Positions 9,228-19,578 of a DNA stretch of 64,000 nucleotides are shown here, piece after piece. A model generated the notes under the pieces. The model was not told the DNA's origin. It did no database searches and saw nothing but the letters and a program-made list of their open reading frames with translations. The stretch's first letter is position 1, and every line of letters starts with the position of its first letter. Source of the DNA: Candidatus Poribacteria bacterium (GTDB lineage: Bacteria > Poribacteria > WGA-4E > WGA-3G); the NCBI GenBank assembly GCA_965217715.1, contig OZ244563.1, positions 1,445,083 through 1,509,082 on the forward strand. Direction: 5' to 3'. Position numbers and translations under genes: made by a program.

Positions 9228-9830
9228 TTGACCAAAGCCGTATTCATGGAGGTTCACATGTCATCTCTTGGCGCACAAACACTCTATACACCTGAGGAAT
9301 ATATTACTTTAGAACGCAAGGCGACTTTTAAAAGTGAATATCTCAGTGGGGAGATACTCGCGATGTCCGGAGCAAGTCTCGCGCATACACGCATCACTTT
9401 GGACATGGCTACCGAACTTAACATCCAATTGAGAGGACAGGAGTGTGAAGTAGTTACCAACGATATGCGTGTGAAGGCTACTCCGACGGTTTCCTATTTC
9501 TATCCGGATATAGTCGTTTTCTGTGGCGAACCAGAATTTGAGGATGAGACCTTTAACACACTCCTCAATCCAGTACTTATCATAGAGGTGCTTTCACCTT
9601 CAACCGAAGTTTATGACAGAAGTGAGAAGTTCGAATACTATAAACAAATCGCAACGCTGAAAGAATATATCCTCGTTTCACAAGACAAGGTGCATGTTGA
9701 ACATCATCGCCTTGAAGATGTAGCGTGGAAGTCGAAAGAATTTCACGCTTTTCAAGACACGCTAACACTCTCTTCCATCGGATGCAAACTCTCTCTGCGC
9801 GATATCTACACACGTGTTAATTTCGATTGA
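9228..9830 (+). CDS. Uma2-family (DUF820) PD-(D/E)xK putative endonuclease
   Basis: TPEEYITLE...EYLSGEI...PDIVVF...LIIEVLSPSTEVYDRSEKFEYYK...EY is the typical Uma2 signature. Confidence 0.65.
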   Translation: MTKAVFMEVHMSSLGAQTLYTPEEYITLERKATFKSEYLSGEILAMSGASLAHTRITLDMATELNIQLRGQECEVVTNDMRVKATPTVSYFYPDIVVFCGEPEFEDETFNTLLNPVLIIEVLSPSTEVYDRSEKFEYYKQIATLKEYILVSQDKVHVEHHRLEDVAWKSKEFHAFQDTLTLSSIGCKLSLRDIYTRVNFD

Positions 9831-9870
9831 CACTTCGAAATTCCATCGGTAACTTGACAGGACACTAATT

Positions 9871-10245
9871 ATGGACTGGGTTTTTAATACATTCTCTGAA
9901 TATCTCGATAACGATTTCAAAAAGCGAATCGGAAATCCGAATCCCACCGTCGCTGACCTATGGAATGCTTTTCAAGTGCTCTTTCCTGCTACTTCCGCCC
10001 AACTTTTAGTACAGGAACCTGTAGGCAACACTGTACGGTTCAAACCGCTCGCTTTCTATTACGCTGACGAAATGGGTCCGTTAATTGATGCTCCTATGGA
10101 TTATCTCAAACAGAATTTCGGAGGCGGGAAGTTTAAAATTAACTTTTATCACGGCATGCAGTTCATCGCGACAATTAATTTCAAGCCAGAAGGTCCAGAA
10201 ATCTGGCGAGATTTACCTGAAATGGAGGTAATCGGTCCCTCATGA
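9871..10245 (+). CDS. hypothetical protein (124 aa)
   Basis: ORF only. Confidence 0.3.
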   Translation: MDWVFNTFSEYLDNDFKKRIGNPNPTVADLWNAFQVLFPATSAQLLVQEPVGNTVRFKPLAFYYADEMGPLIDAPMDYLKQNFGGGKFKINFYHGMQFIATINFKPEGPEIWRDLPEMEVIGPS

Positions 10246-10685
10246 ATCAACAACAAGAGTATGGGGAGTGCCCTCAGTGTGGCAAGGTAAACATCCAGCA
10301 GTTGGATGCGAATTCATGGTTCTGTTTGGATTGTGACTGGGATACTCTTAAGACAATTTCAACGGGCAATGACGAATTACTTGTTTCCTTACGTCATGGT
10401 GATATCCACTCTCGACGTATTGCAGCCCAATCCTTGATCAATATCGGTGATGTAGAACGGCATATCGCTGCTCCTTCAGATACAGAAGCATTGTTGGAGG
10501 CACTTGAAGATGAGGACGCAGATGTGCGTTATTTTGTGGCAGTCGCACTTGGCAAACTCAAAACAAAACATAGCCTCAACAAACTCAAACAACTTGCCCA
10601 AAATGATGCCTCTGCACTTGTGCGGGAGGGTGCGCAAACAGCAGTAAAACAGATAGAATCGCTTGGAGATAAAGGAGACCGATAG
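10242..10685 (+). CDS. zinc-ribbon + HEAT (PBS-lyase-like) repeat protein
   Basis: Zinc ribbon CPQCG...CLDCDW. Repeats DIHSRRIAAQSLINIGD / DADVRYFVAVALGKLK / ALVREGAQTAV. Confidence 0.5.
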   Translation: MNQQQEYGECPQCGKVNIQQLDANSWFCLDCDWDTLKTISTGNDELLVSLRHGDIHSRRIAAQSLINIGDVERHIAAPSDTEALLEALEDEDADVRYFVAVALGKLKTKHSLNKLKQLAQNDASALVREGAQTAVKQIESLGDKGDR

Positions 10686-11753
10686 ATGGAAAGAGTTAAA
10701 ATCGGTTATGTTGGATGCGGGTTTATGGCACAGAAGGTGCATATTCCGAATTTTGCAAGTATTCCAGAGTGTGAAATCGTCGGACTCGCGGAGGTACGTT
10801 CAGAACTTGGCAAAAAAGTGCAACAACGATTCAGCATTCAGCATCTTTATCGGGATCACACTGAACTTGCCCAAAACGCTGATATTGAAGCGGTGGCAGT
10901 ATCCGCTGATTTTGCCTTACAAGGCGAGATTGCCAAAGACCTCCTACGTGCCGGAAAACATGTCTTTATGGAAAAACCGATGGCTATTTCAGTTGAACAA
11001 GCACAAGCTATCGTGGATGCCTCACAAGAATCCGGTAAAAAATTGATGGTAGGCTACATGAAACGCTACGATGCTGGCAACGAGATTGTTAAAGAGAAGA
11101 TCGCACAATTCCGTGAAACAGGTGAAATGGGACGTTTAACTTATGCCCGCAATCACGGCTTTGGTGGCGATTGGGTGTGCAATCTTGATACTCCTATGGA
11201 CAGCACGGATGAACCGAAACCCAGCGCACCGCAGAAATTCCCAGAGTGGCTCCCAAAAAAATGGTGTGGTGGATACATCGGATATCTTCAGCAGTATACA
11301 CACAACATCAATCTAATGCGGTGGTTTCTTGATGCTGGTGATAACGTCACCGTTAAAGCAGTTGACTTGAATAAAAACGGGTATACAGGCGTTGTAATTT
11401 TTGATATGGCTGGCACACGAGTAACGCTGGAAACCGGACATGTTTCCCATTACCGTTGGGATGAACATTCACAAATTTATTTTCAGCACGGTTGGATTCA
11501 CACATGGGCACCGCCGCTGTTGCTGAAGAACACACCTGCAGAGGTCGAAATATACCGCGCAGGCGAAGAGCAGGAGATTACACGACCCATTCCAAGACCT
11601 TCATGGACATGGGCATATCACAGAGAAGCAGAATATTTTGTTAAAAACTTACGCAACCCTGAACCGTTCCGTTCATCTGCTGAAGATACGTTAACAGATG
11701 TAAGATTGTTTGAGGACATCTACCGCATCTTTATCGCACAGCAAGAAAACTAA
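10686..11753 (+). CDS. Gfo/Idh/MocA-family NAD(P)-dependent oxidoreductase
   Basis: N-terminal Rossmann fold KIGYVGCGFMAQKVHIPNF. Family-typical EKPMA motif. Confidence 0.75.
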   Translation: MERVKIGYVGCGFMAQKVHIPNFASIPECEIVGLAEVRSELGKKVQQRFSIQHLYRDHTELAQNADIEAVAVSADFALQGEIAKDLLRAGKHVFMEKPMAISVEQAQAIVDASQESGKKLMVGYMKRYDAGNEIVKEKIAQFRETGEMGRLTYARNHGFGGDWVCNLDTPMDSTDEPKPSAPQKFPEWLPKKWCGGYIGYLQQYTHNINLMRWFLDAGDNVTVKAVDLNKNGYTGVVIFDMAGTRVTLETGHVSHYRWDEHSQIYFQHGWIHTWAPPLLLKNTPAEVEIYRAGEEQEITRPIPRPSWTWAYHREAEYFVKNLRNPEPFRSSAEDTLTDVRLFEDIYRIFIAQQEN

Positions 11754-11875
11754 TATTCCTTTGAAATTATAAAAAACGTTGCATTTCGGCTTGGCAATAG
11801 ATATACTATACTTTAATCTTGTTCATCTACATCAGCATCAGATTACAGTAAAATGCACTTGGAGGCGTTCCTATA

Positions 11876-12325
11876 ATGAAACTTAAATTATTGCTATGCC
11901 TATTCCTTGTTGTGGTTGTCTCACCGACAGTGATGACTCAAAACGATTCTACAGATCAGGAAACGCGCCTTACCCGCATTGAAGTAACTATGGAGCAGAT
12001 GGACCAACGCATGAGCAGAATAGAAAGCAATGTGAGTAGAATAGACGGTCGTTTAGATGCTCTTATTATGTGGGTTGTTGGTTTGCTCGCTGCGTCCTTT
12101 ATCTCTATCTTCGTTTTAATCCTTCAGATTAAAACACAACTCAGCGAGATGAACGCGAAATTCGGTTTGCTACAGAAAGATGTTAGTGCTTTCAACGAAA
12201 GAGTTGATAGAATTGAAGAACGGGTTGATGGGATTGAACGTAGAATTGGTGCACAACTCAACCAAATTCAGAAGGCACTTGCCAAACAATTGGGCATGGA
12301 TCTTGATGATGAGCCGTTAACATGA
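11876..12325 (+). CDS. signal-peptide / coiled-coil / single-TM protein
   Basis: Signal peptide, one internal TM segment and heptad-like segments. Confidence 0.35.
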   Translation: MKLKLLLCLFLVVVVSPTVMTQNDSTDQETRLTRIEVTMEQMDQRMSRIESNVSRIDGRLDALIMWVVGLLAASFISIFVLILQIKTQLSEMNAKFGLLQKDVSAFNERVDRIEERVDGIERRIGAQLNQIQKALAKQLGMDLDDEPLT

Positions 12326-12369
12326 AAGTACTTTAACAGGCAAGCATTCGCAAATTCCATTCCACTCAA

Positions 12370-14685
12370 TTATTTCCGTAACAAAATCTCTGTATTGTTA
12401 ATATTAATCGCGAGTTCGTAGTGCTTTTCCAAGTATTCTGCAATAAGCGGATGGCGTTCCTCAACAGGAATGCCGTCAACATTATCAAACCACCCTCCAG
12501 TCTTAAAAATAACTAACCGTGTCTGATCCCTTTCAAGTGCAGAGATAACCTCCCGCTGCATACCAGGCGTTGCGACATACGACACCATGTGAAATCGAGT
12601 CACACTCGGTCGGTTTGCAAAAAAGAAATAAGCACCCTGACTCGTAAAATCAAAAATCTTTTCATCCGGTGCAGTGTTTTTCTTAATAAAGGCGACTACC
12701 TTCTGAATCTGCGCAACTTGGTCGTCTGGGATATCTACTTGTCCTGCCCGTTCCAATTCTTCAGTTACTATGTTTTGTTTAAATTGATTGGCACACATCC
12801 GTTCCCACTTGTTCCTAAGACTATTTAGTGGATTGTGTACTTCGCCAACATACCAGAAAAACATTACTATAGGAATGAGAATCCACGCTGTTTTCAACAC
12901 ACGGCGCCAGCGCGCCGCATCTCTCAGTAAAGAAAGGCGAGAGCGTAGATTTTCCCCAGGTTCTCCTCCGAAAAGATTGTTCAACAATCCAGATATACCT
13001 CTGTCTATTGGAAACAGGCAGATAAGCCATAAGAAGGTAGCACCGAAATTCAAATGTCCACCATCTGATCTGCCAAGTGCAGTTCGGAAAAATGCAACTC
13101 CACCGAGTAACAGGAGCAGAAGTTTCAGTGCGTCTTCTGGGGAAACGTTAGTTCTACATAACCGTCGATAGGAAAGATATGCCGCTGTAACCACAAAGAC
13201 ACAGATTGGAAGATACCATCGAAACCCCTGGCTGAGGAAAAACGCCTGCCATCCATTTTCTGACAAAAGAGAAAGCGTTGCTGACAGAGATGGGAACTTG
13301 AGTCCCCATGTGGCAAGCTGGTATTTGCATTGTATATACGAATTCCAGATAGCATCATCCAACGCACCGTGGGACAAAAAATAGATTGCTACAGGAAGAA
13401 ACCCTAATAGAAGTCCACAACAATAACCGACTAACGGTAAAGGTCGTAGGTGTAGTTGAATCCTCCGTTGTAGACTGTAAATCACCAAGAAAAGACCGAT
13501 AGCACCAAGTGTATACAAGCCAACTTCAGTGCTGTACCAAAACGCTAAACTGGTAAAAAATCCTGCCAGAAGAAGCTTCCAGCCGAACCTAAGTAGGAAA
13601 AATATCCAAGTCGGTTTTTCAGACAAATTCCGTTGCCAAGGTATAAAAAGTCCTTTCTCGCGATCGTACGTAAGATAGTTTGCAATACAAACAAAACTAA
13701 GTAAACCGAGGCTGTGTCTTGGGGAAACTGAAAAGCTATCCCCAGAAGCGATTAAAAAACATAAGAAGGCAGTTAAGAATCGTCCTCGAAATACCTGCAA
13801 GCCGAGTAAATATATCGCAATGTAACCGAGCGGTCCCAACACACGCTCCATAGAGCGCACCCCCATCAGTGTCGGTTCAAAGATTGTACTACCGAACCAT
13901 GCCAAATACGCATTCTGAAAAAGCCCATGTTGCACATAAACATCGCGGAACACGACACCGCCATGGAGCATCTCATTCAGAGGGGCTAACCGTTCACCTT
14001 CATGGAACATATCAACGCCACCATTAATATTCCCATTATATATAAGCAAATAAATAAAAATGGGGATAAGAATATACTCACACACACTGAGAAAAAAACT
14101 TAAGCTTCTTGGCGTGTTGGACTTTGTCCCACTTTGAAGGGTCAGGGGTTCCGATGAAATAGTATCTATTTTCTCTTTGATTAGTTGGAACTTGGTACAG
14201 AATAGGAGCAATTTGAAAAAGAACGTTAACCCGATTGGAAGTGTTAAGCTTAAAAACCCCGCTTGATCAAAGTTATAAATCTGAAGCCAACTCAACCACA
14301 AAGGCACTGAAGCAAGCGCGTTTAGTTTTAGCACACGGTCTATCGGTTGATTAGTTACTTGGGCAGCCCATTGTGAGTAAGTAAGCCAGCCGAACCAATA
14401 AACCCAAATAGTAGCGGGTATTCCTACAAGCGCGAGTAGGTAATAAAAAAATTCTTGTTGTTTGGGATATTGATCAACACTTATCCGACCAATAACTCCT
14501 GAATTGTCATGGAATTCAAATACAAGAAAGTTTTGAAGTGCTATGCCTAATCCGATTGCAAGCGAGAATGCTGAAATCGCAATAATGCACACGTAAGGAC
14601 GGAGATGAATACTGTAACTTACGTTAAAGTCTGGTAGTAATCTTTGGAGGGAACGGAATAGACCTGTTTGCGGGGTGTGCATCAA
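12370..14685 (-). CDS. large polytopic membrane protein (12 or more TM) with about 180-aa C-terminal soluble domain; possible GT-C-type glycosyltransferase
   Basis: Hydropathy pattern only; no diagnostic motif. Confidence 0.4.
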   Translation of the reverse strand: MMHTPQTGLFRSLQRLLPDFNVSYSIHLRPYVCIIAISAFSLAIGLGIALQNFLVFEFHDNSGVIGRISVDQYPKQQEFFYYLLALVGIPATIWVYWFGWLTYSQWAAQVTNQPIDRVLKLNALASVPLWLSWLQIYNFDQAGFLSLTLPIGLTFFFKLLLFCTKFQLIKEKIDTISSEPLTLQSGTKSNTPRSLSFFLSVCEYILIPIFIYLLIYNGNINGGVDMFHEGERLAPLNEMLHGGVVFRDVYVQHGLFQNAYLAWFGSTIFEPTLMGVRSMERVLGPLGYIAIYLLGLQVFRGRFLTAFLCFLIASGDSFSVSPRHSLGLLSFVCIANYLTYDREKGLFIPWQRNLSEKPTWIFFLLRFGWKLLLAGFFTSLAFWYSTEVGLYTLGAIGLFLVIYSLQRRIQLHLRPLPLVGYCCGLLLGFLPVAIYFLSHGALDDAIWNSYIQCKYQLATWGLKFPSLSATLSLLSENGWQAFFLSQGFRWYLPICVFVVTAAYLSYRRLCRTNVSPEDALKLLLLLLGGVAFFRTALGRSDGGHLNFGATFLWLICLFPIDRGISGLLNNLFGGEPGENLRSRLSLLRDAARWRRVLKTAWILIPIVMFFWYVGEVHNPLNSLRNKWERMCANQFKQNIVTEELERAGQVDIPDDQVAQIQKVVAFIKKNTAPDEKIFDFTSQGAYFFFANRPSVTRFHMVSYVATPGMQREVISALERDQTRLVIFKTGGWFDNVDGIPVEERHPLIAEYLEKHYELAININNTEILLRK

Positions 14686-14734
14686 TCTCTCTTCTTGGTA
14701 GCACAGAAGTGTTCAGTAAAGTTAGGAGTGTAAT

Positions 14735-15448
14735 TTATTGGACAACATCACCTTCAACAGGTTCAACTTGGACTTTGATGTTCTTTAGGTAATCAATAGC
14801 GCGTTCAATTTCATCCGAGGCACCCTGTATTTCTAACATGACCCAACCCGATTCTTCAGTTACGTTGGCGCGCCGAATATTGGTGACCACCCGAAACTGT
14901 TGTCCAATATTGTAAATAATAGGTTCAGTAATTTTTTCAGGCGGAAAAGTTAGACGTACCTTTAATGAGGCTGTTTGCATCCCTCCAGATGGAGTTTGTT
15001 GGAACGGAACTTCAATAAAATCGGATTTAACTTCATCCCAAGCAAAAGCCTTGACAACACGAATTATGTCTTCGTAGATAGAGATGACAAGATATGCCAC
15101 CCCTGGATAAGCAGGTTCGCCCCACATCATCGCGTCCGATTTATCCTTTTCAGAGAAGTATGCCTCATGGTTCGGATGTGAATGATAAAACGCTTTAATC
15201 GAACGATCTTCTGCTTCAATCTCTTTATGTACAAAGATTAGGTCATCGGGGTGCATTAAGTAAGCTGTGTGAGCATCGCGCGGGTAGGCGGCGGGGTCAT
15301 CTTTATGCATTTCGTTTTGGATATTCCGGCAAGGTCTGACAAACTCCTGTGCATCTGCATGTAGAATTACACCACAGCATTCCTCAGGAAATTGTGCCTT
15401 TGCATGTGCACATATCTCATTGAAGGTTTTAGGTAGTAGTGTTAACAT
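14735..15448 (-). CDS. JAMM/MPN+ metalloprotease (Mec+-like) with C-terminal NIL-like ferredoxin-fold domain
   Basis: Glu in PEECCG followed by HSHPNHEAYFSEKD, which fits HxHx7Sx2D. Start moved to MLTLL, since the longer ORF adds a non-conserved leader. Confidence 0.7.
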   Translation of the reverse strand: MLTLLPKTFNEICAHAKAQFPEECCGVILHADAQEFVRPCRNIQNEMHKDDPAAYPRDAHTAYLMHPDDLIFVHKEIEAEDRSIKAFYHSHPNHEAYFSEKDKSDAMMWGEPAYPGVAYLVISIYEDIIRVVKAFAWDEVKSDFIEVPFQQTPSGGMQTASLKVRLTFPPEKITEPIIYNIGQQFRVVTNIRRANVTEESGWVMLEIQGASDEIERAIDYLKNIKVQVEPVEGDVVQ

Positions 15449-15519
15449 ATCGTTTATGAAAATTATATACGAATCGCATACGGGCGGATGTGGTATCCGC
15501 CTGTACACGAAATACCGTT

Positions 15520-15807
15520 TTAGGAAAGGTTTCTGCCGCCAGCAATAGCTGGGATTATTGAAATTTCGGCACCATCAGTGACAGGAGTCGCTTTGCCATC
15601 AAGAAAACGGATATCTTCGTCATTCAGATAGATGTTCACAAACCGACGGATGTTCCCACCTTCATCGCAAAGACGTTCTTTCATCCCGGGATAGTCTGAG
15701 TCCAAATTTTCGATGATGGTTTCAATATCTGTGCCTTTAGTTTCAACCTCCGCGAGATTCTGTGTTAACCTCCTCAGCGGGGTTGGAATACGAACTATTA
15801 CAGCCAT
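15520..15807 (-). CDS. MoaD/ThiS/CysO-like sulfur-carrier protein with short extension after Gly-Gly
   Basis: 95 aa with a beta-grasp-like pattern. C-terminus IPAIAGG followed by RNLS. Confidence 0.55.
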   Translation of the reverse strand: MAVIVRIPTPLRRLTQNLAEVETKGTDIETIIENLDSDYPGMKERLCDEGGNIRRFVNIYLNDEDIRFLDGKATPVTDGAEISIIPAIAGGRNLS

Positions 15808-15893
15808 TTTTCCTCCTTTATCGGGTCAGAATTCTGACGCCGTACTTTTTGTAGAATATGGTAATGGCGGGAAAATCCGCCAATTCGTTAATA

Positions 15894-16652
15894 TCAGATA
15901 GCATAGTGTAACCCACACTCTTTGTTGTTTTCCTCAGCGTCTGTTCCGTTTTGCCAACGCCATCTACCGGCACGTTTGGGTTCACCAGGTCGGATTCGCG
16001 TCGTACAGGTCATACATCCGAGTGATTCATAGTAGTGTCCATGAGCGTCAGGTTTAAAAAGCGGGTTGACAGGCACATCATTCTCACGCACAAATTGCCA
16101 TACTTGCTCGGTTGTCCAGTGAATTAAGGGACTCACCTTGAGAATAGGATGCGTCTTAGATGAGATGATTTCTGCTTTCTGAAAATTTTGTCGTGTTTCA
16201 GATTGATCTTTCCGCGTACCAGTAATCCAAACATCTAATGTTTCTAAAAGCGCTTGCATAGGGCGAATCTTTCGGACATCACAACAGTACTTCTGTTTCG
16301 CTTTGCTGTCAAAAAAGAGGTATTCCCCATGTTCGGTTATCATTTCTTCTACCTCAGTAGTGTTTGGCTGGATCCGTTCAATCTCAATACCGTAGCGTTC
16401 TTCAACTTGATCAAAAAAAGCGTAGGTTTCAGGAAAGAGACGAAACGTGTCTAACGTACACACTCTAAAAGGTAATTTACTTTCAGCGGCGAGATGTATT
16501 TGAACCATACCCGACAACTGACCACTTGTTACAATAGCTGCCCGATCATTAAACTGTTTAAAGAGGCAGAAAAGGATTTCTTGCGGGTCCTCTTTTAAGG
16601 TTATCTGCTGTTTCAATGTTATCATTGAAGCAGTTTCAATTTGAAATGCCAT
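15894..16652 (-). CDS. cysH: assimilatory adenylyl-sulfate/PAPS reductase (thioredoxin-dependent, Fe-S type)
   Basis: C-terminal ECGLH motif. CC...CxxC cysteines (KYCCD, CMTC) are typical of APS-type enzymes. Confidence 0.75.
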   Translation of the reverse strand: MAFQIETASMITLKQQITLKEDPQEILFCLFKQFNDRAAIVTSGQLSGMVQIHLAAESKLPFRVCTLDTFRLFPETYAFFDQVEERYGIEIERIQPNTTEVEEMITEHGEYLFFDSKAKQKYCCDVRKIRPMQALLETLDVWITGTRKDQSETRQNFQKAEIISSKTHPILKVSPLIHWTTEQVWQFVRENDVPVNPLFKPDAHGHYYESLGCMTCTTRIRPGEPKRAGRWRWQNGTDAEENNKECGLHYAI

Positions 16653-16678
16653 TCCGTTTTTTCCTGTTTAGACTCCTT

Positions 16679-17629
16679 TTATGGTAACGTCTCCATTATA
16701 TCGGTTTCAATTTCAAAATAGCGACTCAAGCTGAAGTAGCGTTCACCCGTATCCGGGAGAATCGTGACGACAGTTTTATCAGGTCCCTGTGCTTTAGCTA
16801 CCTGCAATGCAGCATGCACATTTGCTCCAGACGACATGCCTACTAACAAACCTTCTTTTTTTGAAATATCCTTCATGGTTTGATACGCTATCTCTTCAGA
16901 AACCGCAATGACATCATCAACGATGTCTACATTTAATACCTCAGGCACCATGCCTGCGCCAAGTCCATCAATCCGTGTCGGTCCGGGCACTCCACCTGAA
17001 AGTACAGATGAAACCAAAGGTTCTACAGCAACGACTTTTATTTTCGGATTTTCTGCTTTAAGAACTTCACCGACACCTGTTAACGTTCCTCCTGTGCCCA
17101 CACCAATGACAACGAAATCAATATCACTTCCTACAGAATCCAAAATTTCAACTGCAGTCGTCTCACGATGAATCAATGGGTTCGCAGGATTCGTAAACTG
17201 GTTCGGCATATAGTGTCGTGAATTTCGCCGAAGGATTTCTTCCGCTTCCCAGATTGCGCTTGCCATGCCACCGTGTTCGGGTGTAAGCACAATGTTCGCG
17301 CCAAACGCAGACAGAAGGCCATATTTTTCACTACTAACGTTCTCTGGCATTGTCAAAATTACTTGATAGCCACGGGCTACCCCAACAATAGAAAGTCCGA
17401 TACCTGTGTTGCCGGCTGTCGGTTCGACGATAGTGTCCCCCGGTTTTAGAATACCGCGTTCCTCTGCGTCAATGACCATGGCATAACTGATACGATCCTT
17501 AATGCTACCACCAGGATTATAAGATTCCAACTTTGCAAAGATAGTGGCATCCTCTTTCTCTGGCAGCGCATTCAGGCGAACCATCGGTGTATTCCCGATA
17601 AGTTTAGTCAGGTTTTCAGCAATTTTCAT
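16679..17629 (-). CDS. cysK: PLP-dependent cysteine synthase (CysK/CysM family)
   Basis: GGSIKDR lysine motif, GNTGIGL, and GTGGT(L/I)TG loops. Confidence 0.8.
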   Translation of the reverse strand: MKIAENLTKLIGNTPMVRLNALPEKEDATIFAKLESYNPGGSIKDRISYAMVIDAEERGILKPGDTIVEPTAGNTGIGLSIVGVARGYQVILTMPENVSSEKYGLLSAFGANIVLTPEHGGMASAIWEAEEILRRNSRHYMPNQFTNPANPLIHRETTAVEILDSVGSDIDFVVIGVGTGGTLTGVGEVLKAENPKIKVVAVEPLVSSVLSGGVPGPTRIDGLGAGMVPEVLNVDIVDDVIAVSEEIAYQTMKDISKKEGLLVGMSSGANVHAALQVAKAQGPDKTVVTILPDTGERYFSLSRYFEIETDIMETLP

Positions 17630-18063
17630 ATAAAGAACAAATGTGAATGGGTCGGTTGCGACAACTGTTTAAATTTACGCGCGTGGCAACAGAGTTCATG
17701 TAGGGTTTTTGTGTTTAATACATCCCGGACCTCTTCCTCAATTTCAGCGAAAAAAGGACCGATTTCAGACGATTGTTGTGTTTCAAAACCTTTTGTAAAA
17801 TCAACGGGACCCTCTACAGCAGCAAAGATATCACCTATCCGTATTTCATCTGGAGGTAGCGCTAAACTATACCCGCCATCAGGACCACGGCGGCTTGTAG
17901 TTAATCCAGCACCTTTGAGTTGTAAAAGAAGTTTCTCCAAAAACGGACCGGGAATACAACGTTTTTCAGCCAATGTCGTGACTGAAACGAATTCTTTACG
18001 ATACTGTAGACCGAGTTCCAACATCGCACAAACTGCATACTTCAACTTGGCAGATAATTGCAT
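17626..18063 (-). CDS. Rrf2-family (IscR/CymR-like) transcriptional regulator
   Basis: Starts MQLSAKLKYAVCAMLELG with a winged helix. 4-bp overlap with the downstream cysteine synthase, so the two look operonic. Confidence 0.75.
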   Translation of the reverse strand: MQLSAKLKYAVCAMLELGLQYRKEFVSVTTLAEKRCIPGPFLEKLLLQLKGAGLTTSRRGPDGGYSLALPPDEIRIGDIFAAVEGPVDFTKGFETQQSSEIGPFFAEIEEEVRDVLNTKTLHELCCHARKFKQLSQPTHSHLFFI

Positions 18064-18200
18064 CTGTGTTTCTCCCCCTAATTAAATCCTAACCAATTTA
18101 GGCAACTATATTATAATATATCTTACCAAAAAAGTCAAATAATTATGCTATTTCTTACTAAAATAGTCAAATTTAATCTCGTAACGCTTTCGTCGAGTTA

Positions 18201-18229
18201 TTGCATCGGTGTAGGAATTGTGTTATAAT
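18201..18229 (+). promoter_or_regulatory. sigma70-like promoter (TTGCAT-17-TATAAT) upstream of the methyltransferase
   Basis: ttgcat 18201-18206, tataat 18224-18229, 17-nt spacer. About 37 nt upstream of the ATG at 18266. Confidence 0.45.
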
Positions 18230-18265
18230 TTGAAATATACGATAAAGTGGACAGGTTGAAAAAAA

Positions 18266-19561
18266 ATGAAGGATAACGTTAAACAAATTATCAATGACTT
18301 TGGTGAAAGTATTGTTCAAGTAGATGGTGATATTCCGGTTGATTTGCCTGCAAAGGATGGCGATAGGTTTTTGTTTATCAGCCACGACCAAAGTTTTTTG
18401 ACGCACGGCTTACACAAGTACCCTGCCAAGTTTTTTCCTGAATTACCACGTTGGCTCATCAAACGGTATTCTCAAGAACACAATCAAATCCTGGACCCGT
18501 TTGCTGGTAGCGGCACTACAAATGTTGAAGCACTCCTCTCCAAGCGCAATTCTGTTGGAATTGATGTTGACCCATTTTCCCGTTTTATTTCACAAGTAAA
18601 GGTAACCCCTTTGCCAGAAACAGAACTTAAGTCTGCCCAAAAATCGCTTTTGGAGGCTATCCTCAACTACGATTCCTCACAGGTTACCGAATCCGACTTG
18701 CCGAACTTTCCTTATAGAGACAACTGGTTTGACATAGAAATTCTCTTTGAGTTAACCTACTTAAGAAAACATATCCAACAACTGGATACTAACGACGAGA
18801 TCAAAAACTTTTTCAAAGTATGTCTTTCGTCTATTATCCGTTCAGTATCCAATGCTGACGATAATTGCACTCGGACAGTGATTCGAAAGAAATTGAACAA
18901 ATTAGTAAAACCCTCCGATGCGTTGAACCGATTCGCAAAAACAGTTCTCACCAAAGTGCCAAAAATGGTTGCGTTTTCCCAAAACTATCCGACTAACATT
19001 ACCGTTGATTTTCCAGAGGACATGGATGCAAGGAATATCAAGTATGGGGAAGATTATTTCGATCTCGCGGTAACCTCTCCACCGTATGTCAATGCTGTTG
19101 ATTATCCGAGGACCCACCAATTGGAGATGTATTGGCTCGGTTTCGCGCAGGATTCGTTAACTGCTTTGAAGAAACAGAACGTTGGCACGGAGAGTGTTTC
19201 TGTAAGCCATTACAAAAATTTACACGAAATCGGAGTGCCAGAAGCGGACAAGGTGATAGTTCAAATTTTTGAAGCGGATCCAAGACGTGCGTATATCGCT
19301 TTTAAATTCTTGGAGGATATGCGAAAAAACCTCGTTGAAGTCTACAAGGTTTTGCGCAATGGTGGCAGATATATTGTCGTCGTGGGTAATAATCGTATTC
19401 GCGGGCAGCTATTTGAGAATTGGAAGTACCTCATGCCGATTGCCGAAAAAATTGGATTTGAAGTGGAAACCTATTTCGGTTCAGAGATTATCAAACACTT
19501 CATTAAGGTGCCAAGAGAAGAACGTATCAACACTGATTGGATTTTAGTTCTAAAGAAATAA
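18266..19561 (+). CDS. DNA methyltransferase (N4-cytosine or N6-adenine; amino-MTase)
   Basis: AdoMet motif I ILDPFAGSGTTNVEA near aa 77. Catalytic motif IV VTSPPYVNAVDY near aa 270. An intervening region of about 185 aa could be the TRD. Confidence 0.8.
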   Translation: MKDNVKQIINDFGESIVQVDGDIPVDLPAKDGDRFLFISHDQSFLTHGLHKYPAKFFPELPRWLIKRYSQEHNQILDPFAGSGTTNVEALLSKRNSVGIDVDPFSRFISQVKVTPLPETELKSAQKSLLEAILNYDSSQVTESDLPNFPYRDNWFDIEILFELTYLRKHIQQLDTNDEIKNFFKVCLSSIIRSVSNADDNCTRTVIRKKLNKLVKPSDALNRFAKTVLTKVPKMVAFSQNYPTNITVDFPEDMDARNIKYGEDYFDLAVTSPPYVNAVDYPRTHQLEMYWLGFAQDSLTALKKQNVGTESVSVSHYKNLHEIGVPEADKVIVQIFEADPRRAYIAFKFLEDMRKNLVEVYKVLRNGGRYIVVVGNNRIRGQLFENWKYLMPIAEKIGFEVETYFGSEIIKHFIKVPREERINTDWILVLKK

Positions 19562-19578
19562 ACGGACAGAGGTAGAAC

